From contig JBGSUI010000191.1 of the NCBI GenBank assembly GCA_041736175.1, forward strand, positions 32,001 to 96,000: DNA of 64,000 bases, in the 5' to 3' direction. The notes under the pieces are model-generated. The model was not told the DNA's origin and ran no database searches. It saw nothing but the letters and a program-made list of their open reading frames with translations. How positions within the stretch are numbered: the first letter of the stretch is position 1; every line of letters starts with the position of its first letter. Source of the DNA: Oligoflexales bacterium. GTDB lineage: Bacteria > Bdellovibrionota_B > Oligoflexia > Oligoflexales > CAIYRB01. Shown in pieces: positions 9,191 through 19,236 of this stretch. A program made the translations under genes and the position numbers.

Positions 9191-10138
9191 ATGATCAATG
9201 CGGCTTGGACACGGTCCCAATGGCGAGATAAGTGTCTTAAACATCCGGGTGTTATTGGGTTTGGAGACGGCGCGGATCCCAGGATTCACAGGGCAGCCTT
9301 GCATCTGCTCCAGGAAAAAACCGTTCGGGGCGTCGTGATGTTTGCGATCCATGACCAAGAATCCGCAGACATCAAAAAAAGTCTGATCACACTAGGTGGT
9401 CGAGAAGTCTTGGACTCCATCACTATCGTCCAAGGGACCAACTCACCCCTGATGCTTGCTGCGGACTATCTTAAACTAGGTAAAGTTGACTCGGTCCTTG
9501 CTGGAAATCTCTCGACCACATCCGATGTGATCCGCGCAGCGATCAAAGGGGTCGGACTGGTCCCAGGGATTAGGACGGTAAGTGGCTCTTTTGTTATGGT
9601 GTCGCCGCAACATAATCCATTTTTGTTTGCAGACTGTGGTGTGGTTATCGAGCCCACAGTGGAGCAGCTTGTCGATATCGCTGAGTCAACGGTATTGACG
9701 TGGTACGCCTTAAATCTCGGCGAGTCGCCCCGTGTGGCTTTTTTGTCCTTCTCCACAAAGGGATCGGCTCGACATCCAGAAGTCGACAAGATCGCTGCTG
9801 CGGCCCAAGGGTTTCGCGCCAAATGCCCGGACGTTTTAAGCGATGGCGAACTCCAATTTGATGCGGCTTTTGTGCCGGAAGTGGCTGATCTCAAAGCACC
9901 TTTAAGTCCCCTAAAGGGCGGTGCTAATTGTTTTATCTTTCCAAATCTCAATGCTGGCAACATATCTTATAAACTCGTCCAGAGGATGGGGGGATATCAG
10001 GCCCTTGGTCCCATTCTCCAGGGAGTGGCCAAGCCCTTTAGCGACCTGTCCAGGGGGGCTTCGGTCGACGATATCGTGGCCTGCACCTATATCAACCAGG
10101 TCAGGTCTAAACTTGGCCATCAACAGGAGCTTTGCTAG
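9191..10138 (+). CDS. pta: Phosphate acetyltransferase (short form)
   Basis: FADC, VAFLSFSTKGS, DGELQFDAA, FPNLNAGNISYK, DLSRG; RBS AGGAG before ATG 9191. Confidence 0.93.
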   Translation: MINAAWTRSQWRDKCLKHPGVIGFGDGADPRIHRAALHLLQEKTVRGVVMFAIHDQESADIKKSLITLGGREVLDSITIVQGTNSPLMLAADYLKLGKVDSVLAGNLSTTSDVIRAAIKGVGLVPGIRTVSGSFVMVSPQHNPFLFADCGVVIEPTVEQLVDIAESTVLTWYALNLGESPRVAFLSFSTKGSARHPEVDKIAAAAQGFRAKCPDVLSDGELQFDAAFVPEVADLKAPLSPLKGGANCFIFPNLNAGNISYKLVQRMGGYQALGPILQGVAKPFSDLSRGASVDDIVACTYINQVRSKLGHQQELC

Positions 10139-10183
10139 ACTAAACAAGTCCTAGAAATACATCCCTTCCATGGAAAGGTTTCA

Positions 10184-12229
10184 ATGGCCAAGTATCCTTG
10201 GTTGATCCTCAGCTTTTTTGTTGGTGGCTTTTGCTTTTTTCAGATGCAGAACTCTATTCAACAACGCAGTGCCCTGATGCGGGCGGCAAATATCGAGTTA
10301 GCCAGTTCCATCCAAACAACCGTCGGAGCCGTACAAAAAAATATCATCCCGCTCCTGCTCGACAAAGCCCTGGCCCAAAATTTAGTTTGGAAATTGCACC
10401 ATTCCATAGGCAGCGTGCTTGAAGCCCGCAAGTTAACTGGTATCATTCAAGATCTGGCCCTGTGGTCTGCCGACTGTAGGCTTATATCCCAGAGCGGACT
10501 GAGGGCTGCTCGCCAGGCCTGCCCCTTAGAGTCTTTGGAGTCTAAGGTATTGGGTGAGCTAAAGGATCACAAAGGTACGACCCCCCTATGGTACGAGGCC
10601 TGGAAGTCTGAGGGAACCGATCTTGTGCTCCAAACGATCACGCTTTTGCCCCTTGTGGGCGAGCCCATCTACCTTGTGGTCCATAGTGCCTTAGATAGTT
10701 TTTGGTTTGTTCAATTTCCGCGACTGGTTGAGGCTCTTTCGTCCGCCCAGGGCGAGATCCATGGGGCACCCAACGTTGACGAAGCCAACCCCGCGCCACT
10801 GCGGCCCGTAGTCCGTTTTGGTCGGGGGACCTGGGGATGGGTTGAAGAGATGTTTAGGCCGGTTGGAGGCTTTAACCTCGAAAGGACAAAACGATTTTTG
10901 GAGAAATTGGCCTGGATATCTTGGGGTCTAGGGCTCCTCTTGCTCACCGTTTGGATCAGATCATTAAAGGCTTCTTTGAGCGATTCCAATCGACAAATAA
11001 GTGAATTGTTACTCGGAAGCCAAATGCTTGTAAAAACCAACCTCCTTGAGATTTCACAAAAAGAGGCGGCCATAGACGAAGGTTCCCTTAAAACCATCCT
11101 TTCCGATCAAACTACCATCATCAACCGTTGCCGTGAGTTTTGGAACCAGACGATCAAGGCTGCACACTATGAAATTGAGGAACATAAGCAAAAAATAGCT
11201 GGTTTAGAACGGACGATTCAACAGCAGGAATTCGACTTAGATAGCTTTAAAGAAACCATGCGGAAGCTGGCCGAAATGGAAAGCCTGGACTGGCAATATT
11301 CCTGGTTTATGAGACCTTATAGAGCCAAATTAGAAAGTCTAATGGATAGCCTCGAAGACTTGATGGCCACACTAAAAACCTTTGAACAGAGTACCCACCA
11401 GCAGTGCCTACATCTCAAAGACTGGACCGTCCAAATAGCTATCAAGGGAAGTCGCAAATTTATGCGAAGTCTCGCCGAGACTCAAGGAAGCAAGGATGGT
11501 ACTACTGCACTTGACGACCAAATCGCCTCGCTCGTAGCAAAAGCCGACTCCCAGCAGCAGCTGACTCAGGTTTGTCTCCTGCTTGGATCGCAACTCCTAG
11601 GAGAATGGGAGCGCTCTCTGAAGGTTGTCTCCCATTGGGAGTCGCTCGTTGGTCGACGAATGGCCACCATCAATAACAAAGCTGCCAGTCCTGTCGAGCC
11701 TCTGAATCTGTCAACAGCGAACCTCCTGGACTGGGTGCGAGAGGCTCAGGAAATGGTGCTCTGGAGTCTGGACCAAACTGGTGAACGAGAATGTTTTATC
11801 AACAAAATCCCAATTGGTTCTGAAACCGTGGATCCGGATGGACATTCGGTTGGATATTCGGACGGAAATCCTCAGCAAATGGCCACCCTTTGGACGTCAG
11901 CACTCCTCCAGCTCTACAGCTCCCTCTTGGAGCAAGAGCCTCTACCCAAAGTTTACACCACTTTAAGGGACCATGGACCCCGTAGAAATCTTATCATCTA
12001 CGCGCTTTCGGGAGACCACCGTGCTACAGTCTCTCAACCTTCAGAGATCACCTCCTATGGCGCGACTCTGCGTATCGTCCAAGGACTCCTTTATGATTGG
12101 GGCATAAGCTGCTCTGTTTTATCCCAGCTCCATGGCCGGATGGGCTACTCCTTATCATGGACCCATATCCATACAGGTTCCGAACTCCTAAACCCCCTAG
12201 CAAAAAAACGGGCCAACTATGTCGAGTAG
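10184..12229 (+). CDS. Two-TM membrane protein with periplasmic domain and long coiled coil; sensor-like but no H-box or G-boxes recognised
   Basis: Hydrophobic segments near residues 5-20 and 243-258; heptad region near 320-365; 681-aa ORF. Confidence 0.55.
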   Translation: MAKYPWLILSFFVGGFCFFQMQNSIQQRSALMRAANIELASSIQTTVGAVQKNIIPLLLDKALAQNLVWKLHHSIGSVLEARKLTGIIQDLALWSADCRLISQSGLRAARQACPLESLESKVLGELKDHKGTTPLWYEAWKSEGTDLVLQTITLLPLVGEPIYLVVHSALDSFWFVQFPRLVEALSSAQGEIHGAPNVDEANPAPLRPVVRFGRGTWGWVEEMFRPVGGFNLERTKRFLEKLAWISWGLGLLLLTVWIRSLKASLSDSNRQISELLLGSQMLVKTNLLEISQKEAAIDEGSLKTILSDQTTIINRCREFWNQTIKAAHYEIEEHKQKIAGLERTIQQQEFDLDSFKETMRKLAEMESLDWQYSWFMRPYRAKLESLMDSLEDLMATLKTFEQSTHQQCLHLKDWTVQIAIKGSRKFMRSLAETQGSKDGTTALDDQIASLVAKADSQQQLTQVCLLLGSQLLGEWERSLKVVSHWESLVGRRMATINNKAASPVEPLNLSTANLLDWVREAQEMVLWSLDQTGERECFINKIPIGSETVDPDGHSVGYSDGNPQQMATLWTSALLQLYSSLLEQEPLPKVYTTLRDHGPRRNLIIYALSGDHRATVSQPSEITSYGATLRIVQGLLYDWGISCSVLSQLHGRMGYSLSWTHIHTGSELLNPLAKKRANYVE

Positions 12230-13532
12230 ATTGCAAACTCTGGGGCTAAGTACTCCTCAGCAACGGGCTTGGGCCCTCTATGATTGGGCTAATTCGGCTT
12301 TTGCCACCACGATTATGGCTGCCGTCCTGCCCATTTACTTTCACGATGTCGCTGCTTCGGTCTTACCGGAACCTGAACGAACCGCCTATTGGGGCTATAC
12401 GTCGGCGGTGGCCTTATTGATTGCAGCCCTTATAAGTCCTCTATTGGGTGCCTATGCAGATCTCGCAGGCTCTAAAAAAAAGTTTATCGGATTTTTTACA
12501 GTCTTAGGGGTGGTGGCGACCCTAGGACTGTGGTGGGTGGGACGTGGGGACTACCAGCTTGCCGCGACACTTTATATCCTAGGAAATATCGGGTTTGCCG
12601 GGGGACTGGTGTTTTATGATGCCCTCCTGCCGGGAGTTGCAAAACCTGCTGACCTCCACCGGGTGTCAACCGCTGGCTATGCAATCGGTTATCTGGGGGG
12701 TGGGGTGCTCCTTGCCATCAACCTCCTTTGGATCACGAAACCTGAATGGTTTGGAATCGCCGATAAAGGGATCGCCGTTAAACTGTCTTTTGTTAGTGTG
12801 GGAATCTGGTGGGCCGTCTTTTCGCTCCCACTATTGCTAAAGGTTCCAGAACCTCCTGTTTTTGGAGACTCTTCGGAAAAAACCGTCTTCAAGTGTCTCA
12901 GCCTATCCGTCGATCGGCTATTTAAGACGGCCCGAGAGATCAGGAAATACCGGCAGATTTGGATTTTTCTCCTGAGCTTTTGGTTTTATTCAGACGGAAT
13001 TGGGACGATTATTAAAATGGCAACGACCTATGGTCGCGAAGTTGGTATTGGAGCCAATCACCTTATAGGAGCTTTGTTGCTGGTCCAGTTTGTCGGGATC
13101 CCAGCGACGTTTGTCTTTGGCAAAATAGCAGATCGACTAGGGCCTAAACCAGCTCTACAGATCTGTCTTTTTGTCTATACGATGATCTGTTTGATCGGTT
13201 ATTTTATGAGTAGTCCCATTCATTTTTGGGCTTTGGCCGTGCTGGTGGCTATGGTCCAGGGAGGAAGCCAGGCTATTAGTCGATCACTTTATGCTATGCT
13301 GGTTCCTACAGATAAGCTTGCCGAGTTCTTTTCCTTTATGAGTGTTAGCTCGCGGTTTGCAGGAATTCTTGGGCCCTTTGTTTTTGGGCTGACAACTCAG
13401 CTGTTTGGTGGCAGTCAAATCAGTATTCTGATGCTGGTCAGTTTTTTTGTGATTGGAAGCTTTTTGTTGTATTTTGTCGATATTAAAGCAGGCCAAGAAG
13501 CCGCAACCTTAGAATCGGGCCAGCCTTTTTAG
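12219..13532 (+). CDS. MFS transporter, UMF1/YxiO (Atg22-like) family
   Basis: WALYDWANSAF, FYDALLP, GGSQAISRS; about 12 TM helices. Confidence 0.93.
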   Translation: MSSRLQTLGLSTPQQRAWALYDWANSAFATTIMAAVLPIYFHDVAASVLPEPERTAYWGYTSAVALLIAALISPLLGAYADLAGSKKKFIGFFTVLGVVATLGLWWVGRGDYQLAATLYILGNIGFAGGLVFYDALLPGVAKPADLHRVSTAGYAIGYLGGGVLLAINLLWITKPEWFGIADKGIAVKLSFVSVGIWWAVFSLPLLLKVPEPPVFGDSSEKTVFKCLSLSVDRLFKTAREIRKYRQIWIFLLSFWFYSDGIGTIIKMATTYGREVGIGANHLIGALLLVQFVGIPATFVFGKIADRLGPKPALQICLFVYTMICLIGYFMSSPIHFWALAVLVAMVQGGSQAISRSLYAMLVPTDKLAEFFSFMSVSSRFAGILGPFVFGLTTQLFGGSQISILMLVSFFVIGSFLLYFVDIKAGQEAATLESGQPF

Positions 13533-13924
13533 GGCTTGAGTCCTTTGACAAGCTGCTCGGTGTATGCGAGCAGTTTGGTGATTTCAACAGGTTTGTGCAA
13601 AACATCATGGGCTCCTAACTTTTTGGTTTCTTGGACATCTAAGTCCGTATGCCCCGTGATAAACACAAAGTATGGAGGGAGAAGTTGCCTGGCTTTTAGT
13701 TGGGTCAGGAGCACCATTCCATCTCCATCCGGCATTCTCATATCAGAAAATATAATGTGAAAAGGACTGATGGATTCCTCGACGACGAGTCTGATGGCTT
13801 CGTTGCCAGAGGTGGCACCAAAAAGCTTATAACCCTTTTTTGCGAGGATCCTAATAAAAAGCGACCTTAAGAGTTCGTCATCTTCGACGACAAGGATGCG
13901 GATTTGGCTGGGTTGCTGGGTCAT
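13529..13924 (-). CDS. Single-domain response regulator (REC)
   Basis: ILVVEDD, SDMRMPDGDG, ITG, KP. Confidence 0.93.
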   Translation of the reverse strand: MTQQPSQIRILVVEDDELLRSLFIRILAKKGYKLFGATSGNEAIRLVVEESISPFHIIFSDMRMPDGDGMVLLTQLKARQLLPPYFVFITGHTDLDVQETKKLGAHDVLHKPVEITKLLAYTEQLVKGLKP

Positions 13925-13942
13925 GGCTCCACGTTGTTATCT

Positions 13943-14863
13943 CTAAGAGGGTTTTTTGTTGACCTTATAGATCTTACCACTACTCCCTGATGGAGTCTGA
14001 GAATGGTAGTCGACTTCCACTAGTTTTTCAGGTTCGATCTCCGCGATCTGCTTGATCACCTCTTGAATCTGTCGTAGACCCTGGAGGGCTAGGTCGACCC
14101 ATGGTTCGGAGGGGCCGCTTCCCAGACCAGGACTGTTGCCCAAGGAGCGTTTTTCATGAGCCTGGAGCATCTGTATGGCAATCAAAGATGAGTTTAGGGG
14201 GGTGTTGATCTCGTGATTGAGCGTGGCAATCATTTTTGAAATCGTTTTGAGCTGTTGATGCTCAAAGGCGATGGACCTTAGCCGCTCTTGCTCATTTTCA
14301 TACATGGAAAAAAACCAGTATGTTGTCAAAAGCATGACGATATCGATCATAAAATAAGTCCATGCCGAGGGAGCCAATGGGGCGATGATAGGCGAGTTGC
14401 CGAGTGCGACCAGCCCTCCTAGGATTCCGACGATGATCAGGAAAAATATTTTGCCAACCCGTATATCTGTCATGGCGATGGTCACCATCAGAAGCAGCGC
14501 AAAGCAGGAGGGGATGGGTCCAAAGATTCCGCCATTGCTCAAAGATCCGATGGTGACCATACCTAGCATCGATAGGGGTGCCGTAACGCTAATGATACGT
14601 CCCGAATCCCATAATCTTCCGATGATTAGCCCTAAAATGTTAAGGCCCAGCAAGGCCATCGAGTAGGGTCGTTGCGGCGGAAAACGCCCCAAAACCAAGA
14701 TATCAATCGCGATATAACTCCAGGTACAGACTTGGACCGCGACAGAATAGTAGATCGTTAGCTGTACCTTTCTCTTCACCGTATCCGGTGAGCGCAGCAC
14801 GGAGGGTGGGACCAAGGGGGTCATCAGGCGTTTGAGAAAAGTCAACAATCTATTGTTTTCCAT
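13943..14863 (-). CDS. Multi-TM protein with a HisKA phospho-acceptor domain but no HATPase domain
   Basis: 5-6 TM helices; TLNHEINTPL H-box; protein ends about 90 aa later without N/G1/F/G2 boxes. Confidence 0.8.
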   Translation of the reverse strand: MENNRLLTFLKRLMTPLVPPSVLRSPDTVKRKVQLTIYYSVAVQVCTWSYIAIDILVLGRFPPQRPYSMALLGLNILGLIIGRLWDSGRIISVTAPLSMLGMVTIGSLSNGGIFGPIPSCFALLLMVTIAMTDIRVGKIFFLIIVGILGGLVALGNSPIIAPLAPSAWTYFMIDIVMLLTTYWFFSMYENEQERLRSIAFEHQQLKTISKMIATLNHEINTPLNSSLIAIQMLQAHEKRSLGNSPGLGSGPSEPWVDLALQGLRQIQEVIKQIAEIEPEKLVEVDYHSQTPSGSSGKIYKVNKKPS

Positions 14864-14889
14864 CTATGGATTGGAGTCGATCATAAGCT

Positions 14890-14916
14890 CTATCGGAAGT
14901 CTGTTTTTGAGCTGGA
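14890..14916 (-). promoter_or_regulatory. sigma28-type promoter of the HisKA-REC pair
   Basis: TCCA-N15-TCCGATAG. Confidence 0.4.
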
Positions 14917-14974
14917 GTCGTCCCGAAAAATAGTTAGTAATATCAATAAATTATTTTCTGTGAAAAGGCTGCTG

Positions 14975-15835
14975 TTACACTGCGACCGGAGCCTTGATGG
15001 TAGGGTGTGGGTTGTAATTGATGAGTTCAAAGTCATCATATTGGTAGTCATAAAGGGTCGCGGGCTTGCGCTTTAGGATCATCGATGGGCTGGGGAGGGG
15101 AGGTCGCCCAAGCATCTCTTTGACCTGGTCTAGATGATTCAAGTAGATATGGGAGTCTCCTCCCGACCAGATAAACTCCCCGGGTTGGTAGCCAGTCTGT
15201 TGGGCTACCATAAGAGTCAAAAGACTATAGCTCGCAATATTAAAGGGCACCCCTAAAAAGAGATCTGCACTCCGCTGGGTCAGCATGCAAGAGAGTCGTT
15301 GATTTTGGATATAAAACTGAAAAAAAGCATGACAGGGTGCCAAACACCCCCGGCCCTCTTGGACATTGGTTTGGGGAGATTGGCGAGGATCTGGTAATGC
15401 CGCTGGATTCCAAGCGCTCACGACCAGTCGTCGTGAGTCTGGTCGCTCCTTGATTTCTTGGAGGACTTGGTCGAGTTGGTTGATGGTGCCGCCGCCAGGG
15501 ACTGGAAATCGCAGCCACTGAACCCCATACATGGGGCCAATGCTCATATAGGGCTTTTGATCTGGACTGTGACTGACAGGGGCCTGCCAGGCTCGCCAGA
15601 TGGAAACCCCGTGTTCTTCTAAATAGGCGGTATCGTCGGTCCCCTTGAGAAACCAAAGGAGTTCGTGGACAACACTCTTAAAGTGAATCCTTTTAGCGGT
15701 CACTAAAGGGAATCCCTTACCCAGATCAAATCGCAGCATCCTACCAAAAACCGAATAGGTGCCTGTGCCGGTGCGATCGGATTTTGCAGAGGCCTGATGA
15801 TAGACCTCCCGAACGAGGTCGAGATAGGACTGCAT
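14975..15835 (-). CDS. thyA: Thymidylate synthase
   Basis: [45 protein letters not shown]. Confidence 0.98.
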   Translation of the reverse strand: MQSYLDLVREVYHQASAKSDRTGTGTYSVFGRMLRFDLGKGFPLVTAKRIHFKSVVHELLWFLKGTDDTAYLEEHGVSIWRAWQAPVSHSPDQKPYMSIGPMYGVQWLRFPVPGGGTINQLDQVLQEIKERPDSRRLVVSAWNPAALPDPRQSPQTNVQEGRGCLAPCHAFFQFYIQNQRLSCMLTQRSADLFLGVPFNIASYSLLTLMVAQQTGYQPGEFIWSGGDSHIYLNHLDQVKEMLGRPPLPSPSMILKRKPATLYDYQYDDFELINYNPHPTIKAPVAV

Positions 15836-15883
15836 GGTATACCTCTTAGAGTCTCAGCAATAAATAAACAGGTGGTCGTCTGG

Positions 15884-17746
15884 CTAGCGACCCAACTGGA
15901 TCCGTAAAAGCTGGATCGCCGCTGGGGTGACACCGCTGATCCGAGAGGCTTGTCCCAAAGTTTCGGGACGATGCTTGGATAGCTTTTCGACGATCTCGCG
16001 CCTTAAACCGGGAAGACCCAGGTAATCAAAACCGTTTGGGATTTTTAATTGGTCCAAGACAAATTCTGATTTATGGGCTTTGAGGTCTCGCTCGATATAG
16101 CCTTCGTATTTAAGCTCAATCGCAACCCGCCTGCGGATGGTCGGGCCAAACTCGGCCCATGGCGGCAGGAAAGGGACCAAGGATTCTGGGTCCAGGTCGG
16201 GACGACGCAGGATGGTGGCGAGTTTAGTTCCGCTATTGTCCTTGTCTTCGATCAGGCCTTCGGGGATGGAAAAAGGCCCGATATTTTGTTCCCGGACCCA
16301 TTGCAGGGCTGAATCAAGGGTGGTTTGGCGGCTGAGAAACCTTGTGTAATCGTCGTCTTTGACCAGCCCGATCCTCCGACCCAGCTCCGTGAGACGACTA
16401 TCGGCATTGTCCTCTCTGAGATGGAGCCGGTGTTCGGCGCGGGAGGTAAACATCCGGTAGGGTTCGGCGGTGCCCTTGGTGATCAGGTCGTCGATCATCA
16501 CCCCGATATACCCTTGGTGCCTTTCGATAACCAGGGGATCTTGCCCCTTGACTTGGAGCGCCGCGTTGATGCCAGCCATAAGTCCTTGGGCCCCCGCCTC
16601 TTCGTAGCCGGTCGTCCCATTGATTTGCCCGGCAAGAAACAGCCCCGAGACTTTTTTTGTCTGGAGGGTCGACGAGAGTTCTGTAGGGTCCACAAAATCA
16701 TATTCTATGGCATAACCCGGCCTGATAATCTCCACCTTTTCTAAACCTCTTATGGTCCGCACAAACTCGATTTGGCAGCGAAGGGGCAGGGACGTGGAGA
16801 TTCCGTTTGGGTAAACTTCGATCGTTTTGGCCCCTTGGGGTTCCAAAAAGATCTGATGGCTGATCCTATCGGGAAACTTGACCACCTTGTCCTCGATGGA
16901 AGGGCAATACCGGGGGCCGATTCCGACGATCTCTCCGCTGTAAAGAGGGGATTCCGAAAGGTAACCACGAATGACGTCGTGGGTTTTGTGGTTTGTATGG
17001 GTGATATAGCAGGGCAGCAAGGGGCGGTCGATGGCCGTCGTGGAAAAACTAAAGGGGATGATGTCGTCGTCGGAATGTTGTGGTTCCGTCACGCTCCAAT
17101 CGATCGTTCGCCCATCGAGACGGGGGGTGGTCCCCGTCTTAAGGCGTCCCACTCTAAACCCATAGGTCCGCAAAAACTCAGCCAAGCCGAGGGACGGAGC
17201 GTCTCCTGCCCGCCCTGCCGGGATCTTGGTGGTACCGATATGGATAAGGCCGTTGAGAAAGGTCCCGCTAGTGATAACCACAGCGTCCCCATAAAAACTG
17301 CCAAAAAGTCGGGTCTCGACTCCAATCACCCGGGGATGTTCGCCCCCGCAGACGATGAGTTTTTCAACAGTATCTTGTTTGAGGCTTAGTCCTGGACAAT
17401 ACTCCAACTGGCCCTTCATATAAAGCCGGTAGGCTTCCATATCGGCCTGGGCCCGCGAGGACCAGATGGCAGGGCCCTTTTTGCGGTTTAGGGTGCGAAA
17501 CTGGATACCAGTCTGGTCGATGGCCTTAGCCATTTCGCCACCAAGGGCATCGATCTCTTTGACAAGATGTCCCTTAGCCGTGCCCCCGATGGCGGGGTTG
17601 CAGCTCATCGCCGCGATCTTATCGATAGACTGAGTGACGACGAGGGTCTTAACGCCCATCCGCGCGGCTGCTAGGGCCGCTTCGCAGCCCGCATGGCCCG
17701 CGCCGACGACAATGACGTCAAAGTGTTGGGTGTTTTTCGTATTCAA
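15884..17746 (-). CDS. mnmG: tRNA uridine-5-carboxymethylaminomethyl synthesis enzyme MnmG (GidA)
   Basis: [61 protein letters not shown]. Confidence 0.98.
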   Translation of the reverse strand: MNTKNTQHFDVIVVGAGHAGCEAALAAARMGVKTLVVTQSIDKIAAMSCNPAIGGTAKGHLVKEIDALGGEMAKAIDQTGIQFRTLNRKKGPAIWSSRAQADMEAYRLYMKGQLEYCPGLSLKQDTVEKLIVCGGEHPRVIGVETRLFGSFYGDAVVITSGTFLNGLIHIGTTKIPAGRAGDAPSLGLAEFLRTYGFRVGRLKTGTTPRLDGRTIDWSVTEPQHSDDDIIPFSFSTTAIDRPLLPCYITHTNHKTHDVIRGYLSESPLYSGEIVGIGPRYCPSIEDKVVKFPDRISHQIFLEPQGAKTIEVYPNGISTSLPLRCQIEFVRTIRGLEKVEIIRPGYAIEYDFVDPTELSSTLQTKKVSGLFLAGQINGTTGYEEAGAQGLMAGINAALQVKGQDPLVIERHQGYIGVMIDDLITKGTAEPYRMFTSRAEHRLHLREDNADSRLTELGRRIGLVKDDDYTRFLSRQTTLDSALQWVREQNIGPFSIPEGLIEDKDNSGTKLATILRRPDLDPESLVPFLPPWAEFGPTIRRRVAIELKYEGYIERDLKAHKSEFVLDQLKIPNGFDYLGLPGLRREIVEKLSKHRPETLGQASRISGVTPAAIQLLRIQLGR

Positions 17747-17758
17747 AGTATCTTCCCC

Positions 17759-18235
17759 CTAAGGTTTTGTTTGAAGGGGCTCCGTTGTTTCTGATTCCTC
17801 AACCAACTCGATCAGCAACCCTCCCGTAGACTCCGGGTGCACAAACGCTATGTTAGTCCCGTGGGCCCCTAGTCGGGGTGTCTCGTCGATCATCCGGATC
17901 GATTTGGATTTCAGCTCAGCAAGGAGGTTATCTAAGCGATCGACGGTGAGTGCAAGATGATGGATTCCAGAACCCTTTTTATCAAGAAATTTAGCGATCG
18001 GCCCCTCCCCTTGGGGTGCCGGTGCCAGCACCTCTAGCCGTTGGCCGCTGCCTTGGGTTTCGCGGGGGAGGGATCCACCGTCGTGGCGAAACATGGATGT
18101 CAGGGTCTGCTGGCTGCCCACCAACTCATCCCCTAAAAAAGAAAGTCCTAAAACCTCCCTGAGAAACCACTGTGCTTTGGCGGGATCTTTGGGAGCCAGT
18201 CCCACATGGTTGATTCCACAGATTTTCCATGCCAT
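17759..18235 (-). CDS. mce: Methylmalonyl-CoA epimerase (VOC family)
   Basis: INHVG, IAKFLDKKGSGIHHLA, GAHG...AFVHPESTGGLLIELVE. Confidence 0.88.
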   Translation of the reverse strand: MAWKICGINHVGLAPKDPAKAQWFLREVLGLSFLGDELVGSQQTLTSMFRHDGGSLPRETQGSGQRLEVLAPAPQGEGPIAKFLDKKGSGIHHLALTVDRLDNLLAELKSKSIRMIDETPRLGAHGTNIAFVHPESTGGLLIELVEESETTEPLQTKP

Positions 18236-18259
18236 AACATCTCCTTCCCCATGGGGCCA

Positions 18260-18796
18260 TCACGCCTCGACTATTTGGTCCGAGTGGGTTGGTTTACCGC
18301 CATCAGGGGAGACATAGGAGATTTCGCCGGTTCTGCTCGCGAGACTATCTGTGGCCATACCCGCGATGCCGATGGCGTCGAGCATTTCCTTGAGCTCATC
18401 CTGTTGGACGTCGGTCAGGAGATGGGTGGTGATGGAAAGTTGCAGCAGGGATTCTTTGGCGTTCTCAGTGATATTGGAGTATTCCCGTGGATCGAGTTCT
18501 GCAAAGCGCTCGAGGAGCTTTGAAAAAACCACCTCCCGCTCGATATCAGCGCCCGTAGACCACTTGCCTTTTCTCAGGGCGTTGGTCGAAAGGGCGACAA
18601 CCCGCGAAAACTTAGCGCCACAAGTGCCCGATCGCTTCGACTTGTTCATTTTGCCTTTTTCCTTGAGTCGCGCCAGGAGATCGTCATAGGTATATGCAAA
18701 TTTGGACTCCACCTCTTGAACCCCAAGGGGGGTGTCTTGGACGGAGCTCCATATGATGTTGAGGGTGTCCCCAGGTCTTAACTCGACTGATGGCAT
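18260..18796 (-). CDS. hypothetical cytoplasmic protein
   Basis: ATG 18796 with GAGGT RBS; protein-like composition; first gene of the same-strand run mce-mnmG-thyA. Confidence 0.65.
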   Translation of the reverse strand: MPSVELRPGDTLNIIWSSVQDTPLGVQEVESKFAYTYDDLLARLKEKGKMNKSKRSGTCGAKFSRVVALSTNALRKGKWSTGADIEREVVFSKLLERFAELDPREYSNITENAKESLLQLSITTHLLTDVQQDELKEMLDAIGIAGMATDSLASRTGEISYVSPDGGKPTHSDQIVEA

Positions 18797-19236
18797 CTCG
18801 CACCTCGCTTTGTGAGTTGGCGTCTCGCTGTTTTTGACCGATTTTCTACTTTTAGGCGGTGTCCACACTCTCTGCCGTATCAAACCCCAGCCGACTTTCC
18901 CACAGCTTGCAAGCAAGACAGCCATGCTTCAACAGCCTTCGATCACCCCAACAGCAAAAGTATGCTCCTTATTTATTAAATCACTTAGAAGCTGTCAACT
19001 TTAATCACACTATAGAATCATTCGTTTTGTTTCCTATAAAACATTTCAATCAGCTCCCAGGAATGGGTGCTGTGTTCCGTCTTCGGTTTGCCTGTGATCC
19101 CTGTGGGCTATGGGCACCGCCTCCCTTGATGGGGGACCCCCACTGTAACTTTCCTTGTGATATAAACGAGTTGTGTCGTTGATAAGGGTGGTGTACACTG
19201 GCTTCTAGGCACGGGTTTGGGAGGTATGGATAAGAG

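Noticed and set aside
19040..19100. Minus-strand CACAGGCAAACCG-AAGA-CGG... resembling the start of a c-di-GMP-I riboswitch
   Set aside because: Lacks the GACGCAAA junction, the GNRA tetraloop/receptor pair and a closing P1; needs an Infernal scan
15884..19236. Replication origin near mnmG (gidA)
   Set aside because: No cluster of DnaA boxes seen; only isolated 8/9 matches far away (about 24902, 43685, 56109)
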